Shown piece after piece: positions 48,668 to 57,247 of a stretch of DNA of 64,000 bases. The position numbers and the translations under genes were made by a program. The first letter of the stretch is position 1; each line of letters begins with the position of its first letter. Origin of the DNA: an uncultured Gemmatimonadales bacterium (GTDB lineage Bacteria > Gemmatimonadota > Gemmatimonadetes > Gemmatimonadales > GWC2-71-9); the NCBI GenBank assembly GCA_963730185.1, contig CAVSQW010000006.1:288001-352000 (forward strand). Reading direction: 5' to 3'. Under the pieces are notes generated by a model. That model made no database searches and was not told the origin of the DNA. It saw nothing but the letters and a program-made list of their open reading frames with translations.

Positions 48668-50545
48668 CTAATCTCCGAAGACGAAGTTGCCGCACTCATG
48701 ACAGCGATCGAGCGTCCGGTCCCGCCCCGCGAAGCAGGGTCGGTCGTCCGGGCCCAACCGCATCACCTTGCGCAGGAACCGGCAGTCGCAATCCTCCGCC
48801 GGTTCGTAGACCGCATCGAGATACTCCTTCCGCGCCTCGAAGCACGTTCCGGAATCGGACCTTGAGGGACGGGGTGAGCTCCTGCTCCTCGACCGAGAGC
48901 TCCTTGCTGATCACGGCGAAGGCCTGGATCCGCTCGTACTTGACCGGGTGCGACAGCGTTGAACGCCAGCACCGACTCGCGAAGGGCCTGTTTCACCGCT
49001 CGGTCCGCGGCGGCCCGATCCTCGCCGAACTCTTCCTCGATCCGGAAGAAGTCGGGAAAGATCAGGGCACGCAGAAAATCACGTCCCTCGCCGGTCACGA
49101 TCACGTGACGAATGTACGGGCTCATCCCCGCCAGCCGGTTCTCGAGCTCGGTCGGGCACCACCTTCTCGGCGTTGAGCAGCTTGAAGACGCGGTCCTTCC
49201 GGGTGACGAGCCGGAGACCGGCCCCGACGAACTCACCCAGATCGCCGGTGTGAAACCACCCGTCGCCGGGCAACGCCCGCGCGGTGGCCTCCGGACTGTC
49301 GAAGTAACCCGGCATGACGTTGGGGCCCCGTACCAGGATCTCTCCGTCCGCCGCCAGCCGCAGCCGGACGCCGGGAATGGGATAGCCGACCATGCCCGGC
49401 GTGGTCCGCGGCTCGGCGGGATCGGTCACCGTGCAGCAGGGGGCGGTTTCGGTGAGCCCCCAACCCTCCTGCACCGCAATGCCGCGAGCCGCGAAGAAGG
49501 CCGAAAGGTTGGCCGGAAGCGGAGCCGCCGCGGTGAACACGAAGCGAAGCTCCGGGTGAAAGAGGCCGTCCGCGTCGGCCGGGTGCGTCTCGGCGTGACC
49601 GACGAGCTGCTGAAACACCTTCGGCACGCTGAAGTAGACCGTGGGCCGGACGGTCAGCCAGTTGGCGAGCAAGCGGTCGAAGTCCCGCCCGTAACTGTCG
49701 TCGAGAACGAGAAGGGCGCCGTTGTGGAGGGCCGCGTACTTCTCGAAGTTGCCGCCGAAGCTGTGATGCCAGGGGAGGTACGAGAGAAATCGGTCCTCGG
49801 CCGTCACCGACCAGACCGCCGCGGCCAGGGCCCGTTGCTGCGAGAGCAGGTTGTCGTGGGTGAGCAGCACACCCTTGTTCAGTCCGGTGGTCCCCGAGGT
49901 ATAGAGCATCAGGCACGCGGCGTCGGGATCGACTGCCACCGCCCGCGCCAGAAATCGGTCCGGAGCAACCGACCCGGCCCCAGCCAGGATCTCGTCCAAC
50001 CAGGTGTATCCCAGCGAGCGGCCGAGTCCGGCCGCCGCCAGCTCGCCCGTCGTGATCGGGTCGAAGGAGACAATCTCCCGGACCGAGGTCGGGACTCGCA
50101 CCCGGGCCAGCTGCCCGGCGTCGGCGAGCACGAGCACCGCCGGACGGGCCTGCCCGGCGAGCGCGCTGGCCTGCTCCATTGGGTAGCCGGCGAACACCGG
50201 TACGTGAATCGCGCCCAGGCCCATGACGGCGAACTCTGTCACCAGGAGCTCCCGTCGGTTCGGCGAAAAGGCGACGACCCGGTCGCCGGGGATTACGCCG
50301 ACCTCTTCCAGGTGTGCCGCCAACCGCGCCACGTCCGCGAGGAACGACCGCCAGCTCAGGGCTTCGAAGTCGCTCCCCCGGCGCTCCCACAGCATCGCGC
50401 GGTCGCCGAACCGCTCGACGTTTCGGGCCAGGAGCCCTCCCATCGACTCCCGCGGGCCGTCCACGGCCAGGGCCGAATGGATCTCGTCGCCGTCGCGAAC
50501 GGCGGCCCGAGCATGCCGTGCACTCGAACTGCCGCGCTCGTTCAT
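48668..50545 (-). CDS. AMP-forming acyl-CoA ligase (FadD-like) with Cys-rich C-terminal tail, about 3 frameshifts near the 3' end
   Basis: YTSGTTGLNKG, SYLPWHH, GWGLTE, WFHTGDLG, ELTPSLK; reconstructed end ...CHECGNFVFGD* with stop at 48668. Confidence 0.82.
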
Positions 50546-51369
50546 GGCGTCCTCCTGGAGTCCCGGTCGGCGGCGCGGGCGGCGCTCGGCCCGACGGACG
50601 GGGAGCCTTCCCGGGCGGCGAGCGCGGCCCCGATGGCGCCGATTTCCTGCGGATGGGGCGGGAGGATCACCTGCCGCTGGAGCACCCGCTCCAGCAGATC
50701 GACCATCGTCCGGTGATGAGCCACGACGCCGCCGGTGACGACTACGGTGCCCTGAAAGACGTCCATCTCGATCACCCGCTTGACCAGCGAGCGGTACGCC
50801 GCCCGGGCGAGGTCGGGCGGCCGCTTGCCGGCCCGGATCAGCGACAGGAGCTCGGTGCCCGCGAAGACGGTGCAGAAGCTGCCCAGCTCGATGTCCTCCG
50901 TGGCTCCGCCGGCCAATTGGTCGAGCTCGTCGACCACGATGCCCAGACGGAGGGCGATCTCCTCCAGAAAACTGCCCGTGCCCGCGGCGCATTTCCGGTT
51001 CATCCGGTGCGCCACCCGCCGGCCTGAGTCATCGAGGCGGATGACTTTGGCGTCCTGACCACCGATGTCGAGCACCACGAGCGGACCGTCCACGTAATGG
51101 GCCACCCCGCGCGCGTGGCAGTCGAGCTCCGTCCGAGACCCGTCGGCGAAGGGAATCGCTTCCCGGCCGAAGCCGGTGGCCCAGACGGCTTCGATCTCCG
51201 AACGGGCCACGCCGGCTCCCGCGAGCGCCAGCGCGAAGGCCCGTTCCGCGGCGGCGGCGAGATCGGCTCCCGAGCGCACCACGCCGGTGCCGGCGACGTC
51301 GCCCCGGGCATCGAGAATCGCGGCCTTGGTGTTCCACGAGCCACTGTCGATACCGGCGAACCAGGTCAT
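50542..51369 (-). CDS. ATP-dependent CoA-substrate-specific enzyme activase (HgdC/FldI/BcrA-D family), canonical
   Basis: GIDSGSWNTKA, ATGFGR, LDIGGQDAK, MNRKCAAGTG, SFCTVFA, TGGV. Confidence 0.9.
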   Translation of the reverse strand: MTWFAGIDSGSWNTKAAILDARGDVAGTGVVRSGADLAAAAERAFALALAGAGVARSEIEAVWATGFGREAIPFADGSRTELDCHARGVAHYVDGPLVVLDIGGQDAKVIRLDDSGRRVAHRMNRKCAAGTGSFLEEIALRLGIVVDELDQLAGGATEDIELGSFCTVFAGTELLSLIRAGKRPPDLARAAYRSLVKRVIEMDVFQGTVVVTGGVVAHHRTMVDLLERVLQRQVILPPHPQEIGAIGAALAAREGSPSVGPSAARAADRDSRRTP

Positions 51370-52610
51370 CCGGGCCTCGCTCGCCGCCCCGCCATCCGGG
51401 CATCCGCGAGGAGCTCGACGAAGCCCTCGAGGTTGGTGCGCGACTGCTCGTCGGAGAAACACCGGAGATCGTTCACATCGCCGTCGAGCACCAACGTGGG
51501 AATGCCCATCCGTTCCGCGAGGCGGCGGGGCATGCCATACCGGGTGTTGGTGTTGTTGGGGCAGGTCCGGCAATCATGGAAGACGATTCCGTCGACATCG
51601 TAAAACCTCGCCATCTCCTCGATGTAGCGTTCCTTCGGCTCCTCCGACCGGACGATGAACAGCTCGAGTGAGGCCCGGGCCATCGACCGAACCGGATCGG
51701 CCGGGTCGAGCGCCGAGAAGATCCAGCTGTTGCAGTAGGTGGACGCCACGACCGCGGTACGGAAGTCCGCCAGCAGGGTGCCGAGCGCTCGGAGTCGACC
51801 CCAGATCGGCATCCCCTCCCAGTAGAGTCGGTACGACTCGTCCGGGACCGCCGCGTCGCCGGCGGCTGCCCGCCCCTCCAGCTCGGCGAGCAAGGTCCGG
51901 TAATAGGCCGGGGCCTCCGGCGCCCCCCGCAGCACCACCGCCGGTCCCATGTGGATGGTGCCATCGAAAAAGGTGAGCGGCGCCGGATGATGCGCCCCGG
52001 TCTCCAGACAGGCTCGCCAGAGCTCCGAGCAGTCCCGCGACACCTGAACCGCCTCGGCCAGCCGGGTCGGGTCGAGTCGCCGTCCCGCCACCGCTTCGAG
52101 CGGAGGGATCAGGGCCTCGATCTGGGAGGCCACGCCGTCGACGTCGTCGGGTCGGACCTCGTCGATCGAGCGGGGTGAGCGAATCCCCACGACGGGCGCC
52201 CCCCAGCGCCGGCCGTAGAACTCGAACCAGTCCCGCACGTCGCGGCACTGGTTGGTGTTGAAGACCAGCACGTCCGCCCGGGGTACGCCACCGAGGCCGA
52301 ATCCCGCCAGCGGGGTTTCGCCGGCCAGGAACGCGCCGATGTCGCTCGTCAGGTAGGAGCAGATGTCCGGGGAGTACCCCAGGGCGTGAGCCCGGGGCAT
52401 CAGGTCGTTGGCCCGCCGGGTGGCCCCCAGCATGGCCGCGTGATTCTCCGGAAAGAACACCTGAAAACCCAGGGCCCGGAGCAACTCCGCCGGCCCGACG
52501 CTGGTGCACCAGGCGACCGGTGCCGTCTTCCGGGTCACGGCGTCGCCCAGGGCCGCGTAGTACGCGGCCATCGTCTCCTTGAGCGCCCCGGTGCTGGCCA
52601 GGGGGCTCAT
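51366..52610 (-). CDS. 2-hydroxyacyl-CoA dehydratase/BcrB-family Fe-S subunit, canonical
   Basis: FPENHA, PDICSY, TNQCRD, HDCRTCP, LDGDVND; ATGA overlaps on both sides. Confidence 0.88.
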   Translation of the reverse strand: MSPLASTGALKETMAAYYAALGDAVTRKTAPVAWCTSVGPAELLRALGFQVFFPENHAAMLGATRRANDLMPRAHALGYSPDICSYLTSDIGAFLAGETPLAGFGLGGVPRADVLVFNTNQCRDVRDWFEFYGRRWGAPVVGIRSPRSIDEVRPDDVDGVASQIEALIPPLEAVAGRRLDPTRLAEAVQVSRDCSELWRACLETGAHHPAPLTFFDGTIHMGPAVVLRGAPEAPAYYRTLLAELEGRAAAGDAAVPDESYRLYWEGMPIWGRLRALGTLLADFRTAVVASTYCNSWIFSALDPADPVRSMARASLELFIVRSEEPKERYIEEMARFYDVDGIVFHDCRTCPNNTNTRYGMPRRLAERMGIPTLVLDGDVNDLRCFSDEQSRTNLEGFVELLADARMAGRRARPG

Positions 52611-53389
52611 GCGCGCCAGGCCTGGAGCGCCGCGCCGAGCGCGGCGGTGTGAATTGGGTCGGCCACGATCCGGACCGGGGTCCCGGCCATCGCCTCCAGG
52701 GCATGGACGACCCCCGGGAAGTACTCGGCCACGCCGCCGCACGCCGCCACCGGCGCCTCCAGGCCACCGATCTCGACGATCCGCTCGGCGATCGAGTGCA
52801 TGCTGCCGAGCGCGACCTCCTCGCAGGTGGCACCGTCGCGGAGCCGTTCCAGGATCTCGGTGCTCGAAAAGACCGAGCAGTAGCTGCTCACCGGCACCGG
52901 TCGGTCGCCCCCGGCCGCCAGCTCCTGGAGCCGGGTCGGATGGACGTCGAGGTGGCGCGCCGTGAACATCAGGAAGCTCCCGATCCCGAGCGCGCAGCGG
53001 CGCGACCCTCGGGCGTCCCCTCGGATCCCACTCCGGTCGACGGCCACCACCTGGGGCTCCCGTCCTCCGATCACGATCAGGGTCGCCGCCTCTCCCAGAT
53101 GATGGAACGCACCCAGGGCGTGGCACGTCGCCTCGGTGGCCGTTGCCGAAGCCCCCTTCACGCAGGCGGCCCCAAACCCGGTGGCCCAGACGCCGTCGAG
53201 GTCGGCGGCGGCACGCTGGGCATCGTCGAGGGCTGCCGTCAGCACCTCGTAGGCACAGGCCTGGAAGTAGCCCCGGGTCGGTACCACGGCCCGGCCCAGA
53301 ACCCGTTCCCCGGCTCCGAGCACGACCGCCTTGACACACTCGGTGCCGACGTCGACGCCGGCCACGATGCGATTCGTTTGTTCCGTCAT
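52607..53389 (-). CDS. Activase-family (ASKHA) protein, degenerate
   Basis: GVDVGTECVK, ATGFG, TEATCHALG, RRCALGIG, SYCSVFS; LDIGGQD replaced by IVIGGRE. Confidence 0.82.
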   Translation of the reverse strand: MTEQTNRIVAGVDVGTECVKAVVLGAGERVLGRAVVPTRGYFQACAYEVLTAALDDAQRAAADLDGVWATGFGAACVKGASATATEATCHALGAFHHLGEAATLIVIGGREPQVVAVDRSGIRGDARGSRRCALGIGSFLMFTARHLDVHPTRLQELAAGGDRPVPVSSYCSVFSSTEILERLRDGATCEEVALGSMHSIAERIVEIGGLEAPVAACGGVAEYFPGVVHALEAMAGTPVRIVADPIHTAALGAALQAWRA

Positions 53390-53400
53390 CGGTCCCTCCT

Positions 53401-55680
53401 TCAACTCGCGGGGCCGGCGGCGTACGCCGCCCCCCGCCGCTCCAGGAAGTCGGCCAGCAGGGCGCTGACCCGCTCCCCGGAGAAGAGTCGCGGATCGTGC
53501 GAGTCGGCCTCGAGAACCAGGGTCGGTACCCCGGTCGACGCCGTCAGCTTGCCCGCCAGCCCGTAGCGGACGTGGCTGGTCTCGGGCGTGGTGCGGCAAT
53601 CGTGCAGCAGAGCGGCGTCGACCCCGTACTCGTGCAGCGCGGAGGCCAGGAACGCCGTCTGGAAGGCCTCGGAGCGGTTGGCGAAGACGGCGCTGTAGCT
53701 CCGCGCCAGGCTGCCGATCGGATCGATCGGGTCGAGTCCCTCCAGCACGAACGACTCGCAGAAGGTCGACGCGACGATGGCGGTGCCGGACTCCGCGAAG
53801 ATCCGCGACAGCGGCCGGAGCGCGCACCAGATCGGCGGCCCGTCCCAGTAGAAGCGGAACCGCTCGCCCGGCACGGCGGCGACCCCCTGCGCCACCCGCT
53901 CCGTCAGCTCGTCTCGAAGGAGCTCGTAGTACTCGACGGCCGCCGGGGTCCCGCGGAGCAGGACCATCGGCGTGACGTGGATCAGCGTGTCGAAGAAGGT
54001 GAAGGGCGCCGGCACCGCCCGGGCCAGATCCAGGATCTCTCCCCAGAGCGTCGCGGCTCGGGCGGTGCAGGTCACCAGCTCCGACAGGCGGTCGAGGTCC
54101 AGCCCGCGATGGGTGATCTCCTCGAGGCGGGATGCCATCCGCAGCAGCTGCTGGATCGCGGCGTTCTCGTCGATCCGCTCGAGCTCGCCCAGCGCGGCCG
54201 GAGGATGGAGCCCGATGACCGGCACGTGGTAGTGCGTCCCGTAGAAATCGAACCAGTTGACCAGCGCTCGCCCGATGTTGGTGCTGTAGACCACCACGTC
54301 CGGCCGGGGCGGACCGCTCACGCCGTGGGCGCTCACCAGCGGGCTGTCGCCGGCCAGCAAGGCGCCCACGTCGGCCCGCATCGCCGAGCTGGCAAACTGC
54401 GAATAGCCCTCGGCCGTGGCCCGGGCGATGTACTTGGCCGCCTGACCGCTCGCCCCGATCAGCGCGGCGTGATTTTCCGGGAGGTAGGGCACCAGGTCCA
54501 GCGCTCGGACCAGCTCCACCGGGCCCAAACTGGAGCAGACCGCCACCTGGCGGTCCGGATCCTCGGACGCCGCGTCGAGATCGCGGTAGTACTCGTGGAT
54601 CAGCTCCTTGAGGCGCCGGGTGCTCTCCAGCGGCGGCCCGCTCGCCGGGATCCCGCCATCGCCCACCCGGCGCGTTGCCCGCCGCGCCGCCCGGGACGAC
54701 GGGGCGGCCTGGGGCGTCGGCAGCGCGACCTTCCGGGCGATTTCCTGCTTTCTAAGGAAGGTCTGCCGCTCCCGCGAGTGGATGAAATGCACCAGCGCGG
54801 CACAATGAGGCGCCGACAAGCCGACCCGGTCCGCCTCGGTGACGACGGCGCCGTTGATCGCATCGACCTCGGTCCGCTGGCCTCGCGCCAGGTCCTGCCA
54901 CATCGACGGACGATTCTTCGCGAGGGCCGTGAGCGAGCCGATCAGCGGGCGGAACGGATCCTCTTCGTCGACGATCGGCACGCCCCGAGCCCGCATCACC
55001 GCGACGATCTCGCCGCAGAGATCGCGCATGAACGCCATCAGGTCTTCGTCGCCCATCATCTCCCGGCAGCTCAGACCGGTCAGCGCCGAGACCGGGTTGA
55101 TCACCGCGTTGTGCAGCAGCTTCTGCCACACCACATGGTCCACGTTCGGGACCACGTTGGTCTCCAGCCCCGCCCGGCGGAACACCGTCCCGATCGCCTC
55201 GATCTCCGGCGTGATCGCCCCGGCGAACGGTGCGATCTGGATCGGCTTGATGCCCGGCCGATACTGGAGCCGACCCGGACCGGAGTGTTGGATGCTGTGG
55301 TAGGTGATGCCGGTGAGAACCCGGGCCGGACCGACCAGCCCGGCGATGGTCTCCGCGTTACCGAAGCCGTTCTGCATCGAGAGAAAGCGGGTGCTCGCGG
55401 TGGTGGCAGCGAGAATTCCGCGGGTTGCCGCTTCGGTCTGGTAGCTCTTGACGGCGATGAACACCAGATCGAACGGCGCGAGGCCATCGATTGCCGTCAC
55501 CACCGACACGGGGAAGTTGGCCTCCGCCTCGCCCACCTTCGACACCAGGAGACCGAACTCGATCAGGTGGCGGGCCCGGGCCTGATTGGCCTCGAGCAGC
55601 ACCACGTCCTCGCCCGCCCGGGTCAGGTAGGCACCGACCATCCCGCCCAACGCTCCCGCGCCCACGATCAGAATTCGCAT
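53401..55680 (-). CDS. Fusion: PanE/ApbA-family 2-oxoacid reductase + 2-hydroxyacyl-CoA dehydratase-like domain
   Basis: N-terminal GAGALGG, AVKSY, SMQNG, WQKLLHN, SMWQD...TEVDAING; C-terminal half aligns with 51366-52610 (LPENHAALIGA, RFYWDGPP, LEADSHDPR). Confidence 0.85.
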   Translation of the reverse strand: MRILIVGAGALGGMVGAYLTRAGEDVVLLEANQARARHLIEFGLLVSKVGEAEANFPVSVVTAIDGLAPFDLVFIAVKSYQTEAATRGILAATTASTRFLSMQNGFGNAETIAGLVGPARVLTGITYHSIQHSGPGRLQYRPGIKPIQIAPFAGAITPEIEAIGTVFRRAGLETNVVPNVDHVVWQKLLHNAVINPVSALTGLSCREMMGDEDLMAFMRDLCGEIVAVMRARGVPIVDEEDPFRPLIGSLTALAKNRPSMWQDLARGQRTEVDAINGAVVTEADRVGLSAPHCAALVHFIHSRERQTFLRKQEIARKVALPTPQAAPSSRAARRATRRVGDGGIPASGPPLESTRRLKELIHEYYRDLDAASEDPDRQVAVCSSLGPVELVRALDLVPYLPENHAALIGASGQAAKYIARATAEGYSQFASSAMRADVGALLAGDSPLVSAHGVSGPPRPDVVVYSTNIGRALVNWFDFYGTHYHVPVIGLHPPAALGELERIDENAAIQQLLRMASRLEEITHRGLDLDRLSELVTCTARAATLWGEILDLARAVPAPFTFFDTLIHVTPMVLLRGTPAAVEYYELLRDELTERVAQGVAAVPGERFRFYWDGPPIWCALRPLSRIFAESGTAIVASTFCESFVLEGLDPIDPIGSLARSYSAVFANRSEAFQTAFLASALHEYGVDAALLHDCRTTPETSHVRYGLAGKLTASTGVPTLVLEADSHDPRLFSGERVSALLADFLERRGAAYAAGPAS

Positions 55681-55710
55681 GGTCCCGCTCCCGCCGCCCG
55701 ACTGCGCGGC

Positions 55711-56484
55711 TCAGCTGTTGCTCCAGACCGGCGCCCGCTTCTCCGCGAACGAGGCGATGCCCTCACGTACGTCGGCCAGGTTCATCAGCTCCCCGAGGAA
55801 GACCCGCTCGGCCTCGAGCCGAGCCGCCTCGAAGGGCCGATCGCCAAGGGTCCGAACCATCCGGACGTTGAGGCGCATGACGGCCGGACTCGCCCGGCCC
55901 AGGTCGGTCAACACCGTCGTCATCGCGGCGTCGAGCTCGCTCGGGGCGACGACCCGGGTCACCAGCCCCATCGCGTGCATCTCGGCCGCCGAATAGGTGC
56001 GTCCCGTCCCGGTGACCTCCACCGCCCGTCCCGCCCCGATCCGCCGGGCGAGCCACGCGACGCCCACCGGCGCGAAGAAGCCCAGGCGGATCTCGGGTTG
56101 CCCGAATGCGGCCCGGTCAGAGGCCAGCAGAACGTCGGCCATCATCGCGATCTCGAACCCGCCACCCAGTGCGGCGCCGTCCACCGCCATCACCAGGGGA
56201 AGCTCGATCGCCCCCAACCGGCGAAAGAGCCGGCTGAACGAACCGATCATCGCGGGAGCCTGCTCGGGGCGATGCTCGCCGACGTCGGCGCCGGCCGAGA
56301 ACGCCTTGCCGTTGGCGCAGATCGCCACCGCCGTGAGAGTGCGGTCCCGGTCGGCGCGCTCCAAGGCGGCCTCGAGCTGGTCCATCATGCTCGCGGTGAG
56401 GATGTTGAGGGGCGGGGCGTCGAGCGTGATTCGGGCCGTCGAGCCCGTCACCTCGTACTGCACCAGCGCGCGATCGTTCGCCAT
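55711..56484 (-). CDS. dch: Cyclohexa-1,5-diene-1-carbonyl-CoA hydratase
   Basis: LDAPPLNIL, FSAGADVGEH, ALGGGFE, GQPEIRLGFFAP, EAERVFLGELM; bcr context. Confidence 0.8.
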   Translation of the reverse strand: MANDRALVQYEVTGSTARITLDAPPLNILTASMMDQLEAALERADRDRTLTAVAICANGKAFSAGADVGEHRPEQAPAMIGSFSRLFRRLGAIELPLVMAVDGAALGGGFEIAMMADVLLASDRAAFGQPEIRLGFFAPVGVAWLARRIGAGRAVEVTGTGRTYSAAEMHAMGLVTRVVAPSELDAAMTTVLTDLGRASPAVMRLNVRMVRTLGDRPFEAARLEAERVFLGELMNLADVREGIASFAEKRAPVWSNS

Positions 56485-56495
56485 GGAGCCCCCTC

Positions 56496-57245
56496 CTACA
56501 TGTACTGGCCGCCGTCGACCCGAATCACCGTCCCGGTGAGATGCCGGGCGGGTCCCGAACACAGAAAGGTCACCACCGCCGCCACGTCCTCCGGCGTCCC
56601 CGCCCGGCCGAGGGCGCTCTCGGCCAGGGCCCGCTCCCGAACTGCCGCCGGCAGGTCGGCCGTCATCCCGGTGGCCACGAGCCCGGGTGCCACACAGTTC
56701 ACGGTGACCCCGGCCGGCCCGAGCTCGCGCGCCACCGTCTTGGTCAGGGCGATGACCCCGGCCTTCGACGCCGCGTAGTTGGCCTGGCCGGCCTTGCCCC
56801 GGATCCCGTTGATCGACGCCACCGTCACGATCCGCCCCCGCTGCTGGGCCCGGAACCGCGGCGCCACCGCTCGACAGAAGGTGAAGCAGCCCTTGAGATT
56901 CACGGCCAACACCTGATCCCAGGCGGCCTCGGTCAACTTCCACACCACGCCGTCCCGGGTGATGCCCGCGTTGCAGACCAGGATGTCGAGCCCGCCCAAC
57001 TCCTCGACCGTACGGGTTACGGCCGCCTCCGCCTGGTCGAGACTGGTCACGTCCGCCTCGATCGCGAGCGCCGGCCGGCCTTCCGATCGGAGCCGGGCCG
57101 CGAGCAATTGCGCCTGGTCGTGGCCCGCGAGGTCCACGAGCGCAACCGGGCAACCCTCGCCCGCCAGGCTGGTGGCGATCGTCGCCCCGATCCCACGCCC
57201 GGCGCCGGTCACCAGCGCCACCCGACCCGCCAACTCCAGGTCCAT
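56496..57245 (-). CDS. SDR, FabG-like (candidate 3-hydroxypimeloyl-CoA dehydrogenase/BzdZ-like)
   Basis: TGAGRGIG, CNAGITRD, NYAASKAG, VDGG. Confidence 0.85.
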   Translation of the reverse strand: MDLELAGRVALVTGAGRGIGATIATSLAGEGCPVALVDLAGHDQAQLLAARLRSEGRPALAIEADVTSLDQAEAAVTRTVEELGGLDILVCNAGITRDGVVWKLTEAAWDQVLAVNLKGCFTFCRAVAPRFRAQQRGRIVTVASINGIRGKAGQANYAASKAGVIALTKTVARELGPAGVTVNCVAPGLVATGMTADLPAAVRERALAESALGRAGTPEDVAAVVTFLCSGPARHLTGTVIRVDGGQYM

Positions 57246-57247
57246 CG

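Noticed and set aside
47566..49160. Programmed frameshifting in had or the ligase
   Set aside because: Too many switches and no slippery heptamers seen; sequence error or decay is simpler
50542..55680. Calling these genes the missing bcrC or a bzdNOPQ set
   Set aside because: The canonical bcrB/A/D are present separately and bcrC is expected upstream of bcrB outside the window; these subunits lack Bcr-specific motifs
53497..56778. 1093-aa plus-strand ORF, and similar long antisense ORFs (17020-19746, 11084-13306, 29404-31503)
   Set aside because: Shadow ORFs opposite well-supported genes; Arg/Gly/Pro-rich with no motifs, as expected at high GC
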